Source of the DNA: a virus
Lineage: Duplodnaviria > Caudoviricetes
DNA: 64,000 nucleotides
Virus record (IMG/VR): IMGVR_UViG_3300027757_000725
Location: 32,001-96,000 of that record
Reading direction: 5' to 3' (one strand)
Of the stretch, positions 1 through 9,092 are shown one piece after another. The first letter of the stretch is position 1. Every line of letters starts with the position of its first letter. The notes beneath the pieces are model-generated. The model worked only from the letters and a program-made list of their open reading frames with translations, did no database searches and was not told the origin of the DNA. Made by a program: the position numbers and the translations under genes.

Positions 1-385
1 GAGTGGCGTTAGCCACATCCTCGTAATGCACCACATTGTTATCTCCTTCATAGTTTGGAAGCCAAGCAATACGACACTTAGCGGTGACATAACCAGATTC
101 AGTGTTAGTATCAAAAGAGACGGTTTCAAAACCTCTCAGCCGAGCTAGATCTTTAATACCGCCAAGCATTATCAACAGCTGGTTATCTTTGAGTCCGTCT
201 ACGTCTTTTGGTACATCCTTTTTTCTAGCATCAAACCAACCTTTATTTGGATAAAGAAACTCATCCTTAACCATAGATCTCCAATCAATAGAACCGTCTT
301 CGTTAAAAGTGTAATCAATGTTTTCAAGTAAACCATGCTTGTTTCTCTTATAAATGTCTGGACCGTAAATCTTATCGTTGCTCAT
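1..385 (-). CDS. Partial (runs off window start) putative Rad52/Sak-like single-strand annealing protein
   Basis: Not in ORF track; hand translation from ATG at 385: MSNDKIYGPDIYKRNKHGLLENIDY...LLIMLGGIKDLARLRGFETVSF...VTAKCRIAW...YEDVANAT, open to position 1; overlaps the end of the upstream gene. Family call by pattern only. Confidence 0.5.
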   Translation of the reverse strand, partial: MSNDKIYGPDIYKRNKHGLLENIDYTFNEDGSIDWRSMVKDEFLYPNKGWFDARKKDVPKDVDGLKDNQLLIMLGGIKDLARLRGFETVSFDTNTESGYVTAKCRIAWLPNYEGDNNVVHYEDVANAT

Positions 386-1508
386 GTTCGTGATAATAAC
401 ACATTAACCAATCCAAGTCAAGGAACAAATCGTCTTTATTTTTACTTTCCTCATAATATGAATTATATATTTTGTTTTTAGAGAAAATCTTTCTTGAGGA
501 AAAAGTCTTCAATTTACTCCAATTTACATCTTCTATATCTTTTTTGTTTTCCTCTATGATTTCTTCTTTCGAAAAGTCATGTATTTTATAATCAAAAAAC
601 TTAAATCTTTGTTTTTGTAGTTTGTCTTTAGCCGAGCACAATAGTACCAGTTTTATTCCCATGTTCGATACTTTTTCTAAGAAATTCGATTCAAAATCAT
701 CAGAAATGTAATTTATACATTTAATTTTGTTTTTTATTAAGAGGTGATCTGGTATAGGGTCTGAGGTTGTTATCTCCACAGATTTGTTTTCAATCAAAGA
801 AGCAAGTTTATCGGCATCATAAAACTTATCCATTCTTACATTTATATTGTTAAATGGTATATTGTAAGAAAAATCGCAATTCGGAACAAACTCTAAAACA
901 CTCATATTGTATGAGCCGCCGAATGACAATGACTTAAAGTTGCTTTTCTTTTTTAATTTAAGTAATTCAAATACTGAGTCGGCTATCTCTTCTGGTTTTA
1001 TTTCTTTTATCCTATTCGAATTATTTCTTTTAGACAGAATAGGTTTTTCTTTGGAAAAGTTCGGGGAAATCAATTTTAAGTTCTCCTTGTCAGACCAGTA
1101 GGGTTTTGTACAGTTTTGATAAGAGTTGCCTGATATTGTTAATGTCTTTTTGTTATAACAGGAAGCTATGTGTGAAGATAGGTTGTTCAAACCAATATGA
1201 AGAATCGATTTGCTAATAATATAAGCTCTGTTTTTATAAGAAATTTTATTTAAAAATAAATCTGATGATCTTAATTTTTTTGATTTCTCTCCTCCTAATT
1301 GCAATATTTTTACGCCTTGATCCAGCAATTCTTGTTTTATTATGTGTAGTGTTATATCCCAGTGAGGATAATTTTCTGAAAAATTATCAGAATCTATATC
1401 TATTGATATAAATTTATCACAATTTATTGGATAAAAATGTTTGTTTAAGGTTGGTTTGCCTATTTTTACACCGCAACATTTAGCGTATTGTTCTAATATG
1501 TGACTCAT
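372..1508 (-). CDS. Glycosyltransferase, GT-B/GT9-like N-terminal half plus unknown C-terminal domain
   Basis: YPHW..., ILQLGG, AYIISKSILHIGLNNLSSHIAS (GT9-like x-G-x-D/N-S motif), IKEIKPEEI. Confidence 0.65.
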   Translation of the reverse strand: MSHILEQYAKCCGVKIGKPTLNKHFYPINCDKFISIDIDSDNFSENYPHWDITLHIIKQELLDQGVKILQLGGEKSKKLRSSDLFLNKISYKNRAYIISKSILHIGLNNLSSHIASCYNKKTLTISGNSYQNCTKPYWSDKENLKLISPNFSKEKPILSKRNNSNRIKEIKPEEIADSVFELLKLKKKSNFKSLSFGGSYNMSVLEFVPNCDFSYNIPFNNINVRMDKFYDADKLASLIENKSVEITTSDPIPDHLLIKNKIKCINYISDDFESNFLEKVSNMGIKLVLLCSAKDKLQKQRFKFFDYKIHDFSKEEIIEENKKDIEDVNWSKLKTFSSRKIFSKNKIYNSYYEESKNKDDLFLDLDWLMCYYHEHEQR

Positions 1509-1510
1509 TT

Positions 1511-3235
1511 TTAAAAGAATTGTATTTTTTCTTTTCCATTATGGCAATAATATCCTTCTCTGCCGTCTTCCAAGTTTGGCATAAATGCTATGTCGAAATA
1601 TCCAATATGTTTTCCTTGACCCTCAAGAAAAGACGGATTATCAAAACCATTGTGATAAGGTAAGATTTTATGTACATTTGCATTGTCTTCTACCAACTGC
1701 TTTAGTTTAGGGTTTATAGCTAAATATATTTTTTTATCTATGTAGTTTTTTTGTATGTTTTTTAATAAGCTATTTATCATTAATGTGCCAGATTCTGTTG
1801 CTGGGGACACCACAAGTATTCTGTTTTCTGCGCCTTCATCGTCCAACATATCTGAAAAATGCTTTTCTTCAACTTGCTCTTCGTCTTCCTTCTTATCTTC
1901 TTGTATTTTTTCAATTCTTTTAGATTTTTTAGAATGAATATCTAGTATCGTTTTTTTAAGTTTGAATACCGTTTCTTCTACAGAGAACTCTTTTCTTATG
2001 TTTTCTTGACCCTTTCTTATTAGTTCATTCTTCTCGGTTTGAGTCATTTTAAATACGTTGTCCAGTTCTTCGCATATGCTTTCAGGATCTGTTGACGCTT
2101 TGATAAATTGTGTAGAAGGCTCCCTATACTCATGCCAAGACAAGGGGATTCCTCCTTGGTGATTGTGACAAGAATCTTCTCCACATGAATAGTTTGTGAC
2201 TAGGGTAATTAATCCAGCGGCTTTAGCTTCTTGTATAGGTAACTCTTGACCACCACTTGTAAATGGGTGGCAGTAAACATCCATTATGTTGTAGATTTCA
2301 TTTAGTTGTTCTTCGCTTACACCCTTAGCGCTAGTTTTTGTTTTAACGGATTTTTCTGAAACACAATTTGGGCAATTTAAGTCTTCGCCTTGGTAGGGTG
2401 AAAGATAGTATGAACTGCATTCGTGACATAAATAAGTAGACAATACATCCTCTTTATTGATTTGTTTTTCATCCAAGTAACGGGGTATGTCCCAGCCGCT
2501 TTTGTTTTCTGACCAATCAGTGTGCAGCAAAAGCTTTGCTTTGATTTCTGGGTTTTTTTGCTTAAACAGTTTGAATCCTTCCAAGAGGTTGGGTACGGAT
2601 TTCCTGAGTTGGTTTTTGAAAACAAACCCAATGATAAATTCATCGTTTATTCTGTGAGAATTTCTTACTTCTTTTCTGTTTTTCAGTGGTCTAAAGTTTT
2701 GGTAACTAACAGCTCCGTGTATAGTTTCTGTATTTTTACAACCAAGGTCTTTCATTTCTCTTTCCGCAAAAGAAGCCCAAACAAGCATCTTGTCGCATTT
2801 TGAATACATGTCTTTTGCTGTATGCAAAATTGGAGAACTGTCTAGCGTTGTCCACAGGATAGTTTTGGTTTTTTTCCACCATTCTTTGTTTTCAAATTCT
2901 CTAAAAGCCCATATATCTTCTATTCCAAGGTAAATGTCTGGCTTTACTTTTTCAATTATTGAGTCTATTGTATAATACCCGTATTGAGCTACTCTTTTTT
3001 TTGCTGGGTCATTATGTATTTTGTTCAATATGACACTATCTGACGGATAAGTACCGTAACTTTCCCAAGGTGTTTGCAAATCTAAACCAAAAGAAACTCC
3101 ATTTGCGGCTTCCACAACCTCCATTTCTGGATCTTCATGGAGAGCCATGAGAATATTTCTCATGTTCTTTCCAAAGCCAGTTACTAATCTAGAATAATTA
3201 GAGTGTATTAAAACTTTTATTTTAGAACGGGACAT
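1511..3235 (-). CDS. GT4-family glycosyltransferase with zinc-ribbon insert (CHEC...CPNC) and GT9-like C-terminal fragment
   Basis: TGFGK N-terminal motif; KNQLRKS; NEIYNIMDVYCHPFTSGGQELPIQEAKAAG (GT4 signature). Confidence 0.8.
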   Translation of the reverse strand: MSRSKIKVLIHSNYSRLVTGFGKNMRNILMALHEDPEMEVVEAANGVSFGLDLQTPWESYGTYPSDSVILNKIHNDPAKKRVAQYGYYTIDSIIEKVKPDIYLGIEDIWAFREFENKEWWKKTKTILWTTLDSSPILHTAKDMYSKCDKMLVWASFAEREMKDLGCKNTETIHGAVSYQNFRPLKNRKEVRNSHRINDEFIIGFVFKNQLRKSVPNLLEGFKLFKQKNPEIKAKLLLHTDWSENKSGWDIPRYLDEKQINKEDVLSTYLCHECSSYYLSPYQGEDLNCPNCVSEKSVKTKTSAKGVSEEQLNEIYNIMDVYCHPFTSGGQELPIQEAKAAGLITLVTNYSCGEDSCHNHQGGIPLSWHEYREPSTQFIKASTDPESICEELDNVFKMTQTEKNELIRKGQENIRKEFSVEETVFKLKKTILDIHSKKSKRIEKIQEDKKEDEEQVEEKHFSDMLDDEGAENRILVVSPATESGTLMINSLLKNIQKNYIDKKIYLAINPKLKQLVEDNANVHKILPYHNGFDNPSFLEGQGKHIGYFDIAFMPNLEDGREGYYCHNGKEKIQFF

Positions 3236-3821
3236 CGTCTGAAAAAGAATCTTTTGATTTGTTTTCCTGCTCTGGTTTTTTGTATTCTTTTTGTGGAGAT
3301 TTATATTCTTTTTGTGGAGAATTTTTATTATATTCGTTCGTATTTGCCTCCAAGCATTTACGTATATATGATTTTAAAAGTTCTTCTATAACAACTGATT
3401 CTCCAGCTTCAATAGGTAGTTTGAATGTTTGAGCTGAATTTCTGATTACAGATAAACCCCAAGCTGGGGTTTCGTGCCACTCATCTCCTTCTTGCCCCAC
3501 AATTTTTCTCTTTTTATCCCAAGGGGTTAATTTTATAATGGTGGTTTCTTCTTTGTTTCTATGAAATGCTACAAAAGGCTTTCTTGATCTAAAGCTAGAT
3601 ATGAACTCTCCAGCCTCCACAAAAGACAACTTGATGGTTGCTGACTTATCTTGGTTTTTTGCATTTTCCTTGAAGGACCCATTTTTTCTTTTGTCATCCC
3701 AGCTGTGTTGTTGTATCATGGAAACAAAAAGTACATTTCTGCCTTCTTTGTCTTTAACTGAATCAAAACTAAAGGCTGAACCAGTATTTTTAGAATTTGG
3801 TTTGTATAATGTATGTTTCAT
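3222..3821 (-). CDS. Putative non-OB single-stranded DNA-binding protein (Whirly/PC4-like) with SSB-type acidic tail
   Basis: Likely start MKHTLYKP at 3821; ends ...DSFSDDVPF (SSB-Ct-like); TIKLSFVEAGEFI and FKLPIEAGESVVI resemble the two Whirly half-repeats. Confidence 0.6.
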   Translation of the reverse strand: MKHTLYKPNSKNTGSAFSFDSVKDKEGRNVLFVSMIQQHSWDDKRKNGSFKENAKNQDKSATIKLSFVEAGEFISSFRSRKPFVAFHRNKEETTIIKLTPWDKKRKIVGQEGDEWHETPAWGLSVIRNSAQTFKLPIEAGESVVIEELLKSYIRKCLEANTNEYNKNSPQKEYKSPQKEYKKPEQENKSKDSFSDDVPF

Positions 3822-3829
3822 ATTTATCT

Positions 3830-3835
3830 GTGTAA
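3830..3835 (+). promoter_or_regulatory. GTGTAA putative phage late promoter for the 3857-11870 fibre operon
   Basis: Recurrent upstream motif, 21 nt before ATG 3857. Confidence 0.6.
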
Positions 3836-3851
3836 CTCTTATAGATAACAT

Positions 3852-3880
3852 ATTGTATGATGGAATTAACAAAAATTCAA
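3852..3880 (-). promoter_or_regulatory. Sigma70-type promoter TTGAAT-17-TACAAT for the SSB/glycosyltransferase operon
   Basis: Reverse complement of attgta (3852-3857) and attcaa (3875-3880), 17-nt spacer. Confidence 0.6.
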
Positions 3881-6835
3881 ATCAATCAAGTAGAATTTCC
3901 TGTTTTTTTGAGTAGTAGTGGCGATTTTTCTATTTCGCAAGGTAAAAATGTGGACATTGAACTTGTGGAGTCGATTACTGGTGATTTTGAGATCACGGGA
4001 AGCCTGAGCCTAAATGGAGATATTGTCGACGGGTCTTCATTGGGTATTAATGACAACTATTACTTATTTGAAGATTTTGATAATGATTTATTAAACTCTT
4101 CTGGAAACGTTTTTCTTGATACCAAACATTCTTTGCCATCGAAAAATACAAATAACAATCTGCTTTGTAACGTTTCGAGCGTTTCTTTTAGGGAAAACTC
4201 GAGCAATAACACTATAATTGGGTTAAATTCATTTTACAACTTAAATATTAATGACTCTGTATTGTTTTTTGCTAAAGAGAATGGTTCGGAAGCATCTAGA
4301 TTGCACAGCAACTCAATAGTTATTGATTGTGATAACGGCAATTACTTTGATGGAGATTCTTTTTTCTTATCCAAAACAACTTTAAATAATGCAGTGTTTA
4401 AATCTGCTAATATTGGTGATTTAAGCTGCTCTTCTTTTGTGGTTAGCGGTTATTTTGAAGCTGATAGTCTAGTGTCAGAGTCCGCTTCTTTCCAGAATGG
4501 CGCTTGGGGAGGCTTAATTGAATTAAATGGCAACTCTAAAATCAGTAATGATTTTACAGATTCTAGTATAGTAACAGAAAAATGGGTTAACGAGCAAAAC
4601 TTTGCGTCTTCATCCAATCATTCTTTATCTGGAGTTGACGACTTAACATCTTCTGGTTATATTTTGATAGAGGGTTCTGAGTCACCTGTATCAAAAGTTG
4701 GAAATTTATTTTTTGACACTGGTGATATTAACGTTCCGTCAACAAGAATTAATCAATCACAAAACAAGGAAACTTTTATTGAGGGTCTGTTTTCTGGTAA
4801 TACGATCGTTTACATAGAAGATGGTTTTTTTGTTTCTGGGTTTGGGGGGGAAGAAATTAGATCAGGCGATTTTAATGTAGCGACTGAAAGTTGGGTTACG
4901 GGTCAAGGTTTTTTGACTGGACTTTTTGAGTTAAACAATAGAAATTTAATATTAAGTTCTTTAGAATTACAATCAGATATTAAATCTGAATCTTTATTCG
5001 TAAGCGGATATTATAACAACTTAAATACAGGGAGTAATAGTTTAGTAACAAATGATGTAGATATCGAAACAAACCAAGAGGTCAGCTTCGAAAATCTAGA
5101 GGTTAGCGGGTCCTTATACGTCACTAAAAACATAAATATAGGCAGTTTAAGTGATCTGGATTTTGGAGGGGGATTTTATGTAAAAGATTTAACATCTTCA
5201 AGTGCGAGCAATATAAACCTATCAAACTCGGCGCAGTTAACTGGATCTGATTTAGCTACAGAATCTTGGTTTGATACTTATCCATCAGAACTATCATCCA
5301 ACAAGGAGATTGTAGACCTAACATCAACTGGAAATGTCGGTCTTTTTGACAGCTCTATCATAGAAACTTTAACGCTTCCTTATTTAGCTGGTCCAAACCC
5401 AGATAATTATCCTTCTATAAATATAAATTCTAATTCTGTTTATTTTAATAATGTTGCAATCCCTACAAACACCCAAGTTTTAGCGCCTGATCAAAACTTT
5501 CCAAAAATAAAATCTACTGGATATAGTCCACATAATTTTATAAAAATACAAAAATCTTCTAGTCTTAATATAGGTAGTGGCAATCTTTGGAATACTTCTA
5601 TAGACTCAGGTCAGGCTCTGACAAAGATATCTAATAAGGGCTATATAACAATACCCAAAACGAATGTTGAGAGTTTGCATCAGCCTAGCGGTTTTAGGTT
5701 GGAAAAAATATCTGTTGATAATTTCAAAGTTAGCCCAGACCCAACAGCTGTAAAGCTCAATATTATATCTGGGACAAAACAAACAGATGATTATGATCCT
5801 TCTTATTTGAGGGTTTCTGATCTTAATGAAAAGTTATCAAATTGGGCTTTTGATTCACCGTTTACAGAAGTTATCCATAGAGATAAGTACATGCAAATAT
5901 GGTTAGATATATTAAATAGAGATAACCCTTATTTGAGTTGGACTTTTTTCAATAGGGTATTGCCAACAGCAAAAAATGTAAACTTATTTTGGAAACTATT
6001 TACTTATTGGTATGGTTGGGTGAATGGTCTTCAAAATACCAAACCAAATGTAAAACCTTATGTCGAGAACTTTCTGAACCTTGTTTATAATTCAAAAACA
6101 AAGGCTAATGCAGCTGGTCAATCTGGGCAAGATTGCATTGTTGGAGTTTGGCAAGATTATATACAAAATCAGGGTTTATTAGCTAATGAGGATACTAATG
6201 TAGTAGATTGGGATGATAGTGATTTAGAAGTTTACAGTAATCTTTTTTATTCCGTGTATCAAAAAACAATGTGGGACGATTTGTTGAATTACAAAAACCA
6301 ATATGCAGCTTACGATACTCCAACTTATGATAATTTTGGTTTATCTGATATATTAAAAGGTAAATTTGAAGGCGAAGAAATATATTATATGAGCTTCCCT
6401 TCTGCTTGGATTCCTCAGTCGGATTCTGATGTTAATATAGACTCTTCTAAAGAAAACAAATTCAAACATAATTTGGTTCTTTCTAAAATAGATGATTTCT
6501 CAGATTACAGGTATGATTCAAGAAAAACCGTAAGACCTTATTTTAGAACCTTCAACCCCAATGAAACATTCAACCCTCTAAATAGATATGAAACAATAAA
6601 CACTGATTGCTGGTCCGACTTTTATACTGTAGATTCATTATTGTATAAATCATCTAAAATGTTTATGAGTAAATTTCCTAACGTTTTGGATAACGGATCT
6701 AGTTGGCAAGATCAAATACCTGATTCGCACCAATATGATGGAGGCGGATGGAAAAATGGTTCTGTTCATAATAGAGTCTTTCCAGATTTAGATTTAATTC
6801 CAAGTAACTTGTCAGAAATGACTTACAGTTCATAA
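3857..6835 (+). CDS. Large virion fibre/spike-like protein, paralogue 1 of 3
   Basis: N-terminus TKIQINQ shared with the next two genes; Ser/Asn/Gly-rich beta-repeat body; ATESW-type motifs; unique C-terminus. Confidence 0.6.
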   Translation: MMELTKIQINQVEFPVFLSSSGDFSISQGKNVDIELVESITGDFEITGSLSLNGDIVDGSSLGINDNYYLFEDFDNDLLNSSGNVFLDTKHSLPSKNTNNNLLCNVSSVSFRENSSNNTIIGLNSFYNLNINDSVLFFAKENGSEASRLHSNSIVIDCDNGNYFDGDSFFLSKTTLNNAVFKSANIGDLSCSSFVVSGYFEADSLVSESASFQNGAWGGLIELNGNSKISNDFTDSSIVTEKWVNEQNFASSSNHSLSGVDDLTSSGYILIEGSESPVSKVGNLFFDTGDINVPSTRINQSQNKETFIEGLFSGNTIVYIEDGFFVSGFGGEEIRSGDFNVATESWVTGQGFLTGLFELNNRNLILSSLELQSDIKSESLFVSGYYNNLNTGSNSLVTNDVDIETNQEVSFENLEVSGSLYVTKNINIGSLSDLDFGGGFYVKDLTSSSASNINLSNSAQLTGSDLATESWFDTYPSELSSNKEIVDLTSTGNVGLFDSSIIETLTLPYLAGPNPDNYPSININSNSVYFNNVAIPTNTQVLAPDQNFPKIKSTGYSPHNFIKIQKSSSLNIGSGNLWNTSIDSGQALTKISNKGYITIPKTNVESLHQPSGFRLEKISVDNFKVSPDPTAVKLNIISGTKQTDDYDPSYLRVSDLNEKLSNWAFDSPFTEVIHRDKYMQIWLDILNRDNPYLSWTFFNRVLPTAKNVNLFWKLFTYWYGWVNGLQNTKPNVKPYVENFLNLVYNSKTKANAAGQSGQDCIVGVWQDYIQNQGLLANEDTNVVDWDDSDLEVYSNLFYSVYQKTMWDDLLNYKNQYAAYDTPTYDNFGLSDILKGKFEGEEIYYMSFPSAWIPQSDSDVNIDSSKENKFKHNLVLSKIDDFSDYRYDSRKTVRPYFRTFNPNETFNPLNRYETINTDCWSDFYTVDSLLYKSSKMFMSKFPNVLDNGSSWQDQIPDSHQYDGGGWKNGSVHNRVFPDLDLIPSNLSEMTYSS

Positions 6836-6841
6836 TATATA

Positions 6842-9091
6842 ATGGCTTACAATAAAATAAAAATAAATCAAATAGATATGCCAGAGGTTATATCTAACGA
6901 CCTAACTGTATCAGAAACAAGTTCTGGTTATCATTTCGGTCTTGGTTTTCCCATAAATCATGACATAAATATAAGTGGATCACTTACAGTCAACGGTGTT
7001 GAAATATATGGAAATAAATCGTATTATGATCCATATGTTAACTCTGTATTATGTGGTTATGAAAATATTATATCTGGCGGAAATAATTCTGTAATAAGAG
7101 GTAATGAAAATTTAATATCTGGCGAAAAAAATATTATTTTAAACGGGGATAACAATTCTTTCTATTATTCTGATTTCAACGCTGTTATTGCTGGGTCTAA
7201 TGTAACTTTTTCAAATTCAAAAGGAAGTGTTGTTATAGCATCTAACAATGAAGAGATTAAAGAAGTAAAAGAGAGTAGTTCTCTATACCTTTACCACGAA
7301 AACATATATGTTTACGGAGATACTCATTTTGAAAAAAGTGTTTCTTTTAATGAAAAGACAGAACTATCAAAGCTAGTTGTTTCAAATTCTTTAGTTGCTA
7401 GTTCAATAAAATCATCAAACTCGTCTATTTTTTATGATAAATCAAAATTCACTTCAAACTCTCAAATTAATGGAGAAACTTTTTTTGGTGAATATACTCT
7501 AAGGGATCTTACAAGAAAGAATCAATCTAATAAATTTAGTGAAGTAAAAATAAGTGGCGAAAACGTAGCTACAAAGCAGTGGATTGAAGATAAAAACTTT
7601 ACGACTGGACTCATTGTAATGCGTTTTGACGAGGTTGATGTGTCTGGAGATTTTGTTTTGGATCATGGAAACTTAATTGAATACAATTCTGTTTTAAACG
7701 TCACGGGAGACGTTATAGCTTATGGTAGTACTGGAGAAGAAACTTTTTTGCTTAATGATTCGACACTAACAGCAAATAATTTTTCTTGTGTATCTGGATA
7801 TGTTTTAGATAAAGACTCAAGCGAATATATTAATATTGCTTCTGCTGACTGGTTATCTGGTCAAGGTTACTCTAGTTCAGATGAGGGTATATCAGCTGGC
7901 TTTTATACAGAAGGTAATATAAATATATCTAAAGATTTGTATTTAACTGGTCAATTAAATGTTAATTCTGGGTTTGATTTGCATGGAAATTATACAAATA
8001 GCGGCGCAAGCTTTATTGGTGGCAATTTAAATGTATCTGGAGATTCTTATATTAAAAATATTTATATAACTGGTAGCTTAAGTGGACAAAGCTTATATAA
8101 TGAAAGTTCATTATATAATATAAGTGGCGTTTCATTAACTGGTGAGTCTATGGATTTAAAAGATTCTACGTTCATGGTTACTGGAAGTGAGGTTATAAGA
8201 GAATCTTATTTGTTAGAAAACTATCTTTTATATTCAGGCATTTCAAACTTTAAAAATTGCAAGTTTAATGGGGTAAGTTTAATTTCTGGGGTTTTAAACT
8301 TTTATGGTAATACCAAGGTCAGCGATTTTTATCTTAATGGTCACTGCGAGTTTAGTTCAGATCAAGTAGAATTAAATAATATATCTGGAGATTTTCATGT
8401 TGAAGATGTTCTTGGAGAATTGAATTTCAATGTAGAACAATGTAATCTCGCAGATTTGCAAGGGGTTGTAGACGTAACCATTAAAGAAAGTTTTGTGGAT
8501 ACTGGAATTAATTCATACTACAAGCAGAATGATATCATAGATATTAATCTATATTTAACTGGAAAAAACGAAATAAAAAAAGTTTGGGAAAGGTCTAGCT
8601 CATACTCACCATATAATCAAACATTTAACTATTTAGAAGATTCTGGAGATTGGTGGAAGTCAATGTATCACGGATTGACTGGCTATGAAACTGAAAAGTT
8701 TGAAAACAAGATAAAAGAAATTAGCCCGTCTTTGTACAAATACGATGAAGCTTGTCTCGAAGGTTGGATCGAGTGGTTGGCAATAAATGAACCATTAAAA
8801 AATAATGATGTTACTGGCTATATGACTACAGAAAGCCAAGTAAAATGTGCTATAGATCAGGAGCTTGAGAGTTTGTCTTTAATTGGCTTGGAATTAGAAA
8901 ATCTTGTTTTACTTGAGTCAAATCAAGATGTTCAAGAACAGGCTGACTGGCTTGTTTCTGGTTGCGATATAGAACTTAAAAATAAGCAAGTTGTTGAATA
9001 TAGAGTGGATTGGTTTAACAACCCATCAGCCAATAATATCAATAATAATTTTGGAGGAAGAAATTACTATCCAAGAATAAGAATAAAATAA
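6842..9091 (+). CDS. Large virion fibre/spike-like protein, paralogue 2 of 3
   Basis: NKIKINQ N-terminus; GxxNxIxG head-like repeats; VATKQWIEDKNFTTGLI. Confidence 0.6.
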   Translation: MAYNKIKINQIDMPEVISNDLTVSETSSGYHFGLGFPINHDINISGSLTVNGVEIYGNKSYYDPYVNSVLCGYENIISGGNNSVIRGNENLISGEKNIILNGDNNSFYYSDFNAVIAGSNVTFSNSKGSVVIASNNEEIKEVKESSSLYLYHENIYVYGDTHFEKSVSFNEKTELSKLVVSNSLVASSIKSSNSSIFYDKSKFTSNSQINGETFFGEYTLRDLTRKNQSNKFSEVKISGENVATKQWIEDKNFTTGLIVMRFDEVDVSGDFVLDHGNLIEYNSVLNVTGDVIAYGSTGEETFLLNDSTLTANNFSCVSGYVLDKDSSEYINIASADWLSGQGYSSSDEGISAGFYTEGNINISKDLYLTGQLNVNSGFDLHGNYTNSGASFIGGNLNVSGDSYIKNIYITGSLSGQSLYNESSLYNISGVSLTGESMDLKDSTFMVTGSEVIRESYLLENYLLYSGISNFKNCKFNGVSLISGVLNFYGNTKVSDFYLNGHCEFSSDQVELNNISGDFHVEDVLGELNFNVEQCNLADLQGVVDVTIKESFVDTGINSYYKQNDIIDINLYLTGKNEIKKVWERSSSYSPYNQTFNYLEDSGDWWKSMYHGLTGYETEKFENKIKEISPSLYKYDEACLEGWIEWLAINEPLKNNDVTGYMTTESQVKCAIDQELESLSLIGLELENLVLLESNQDVQEQADWLVSGCDIELKNKQVVEYRVDWFNNPSANNINNNFGGRNYYPRIRIK

Positions 9092-9092
9092 C

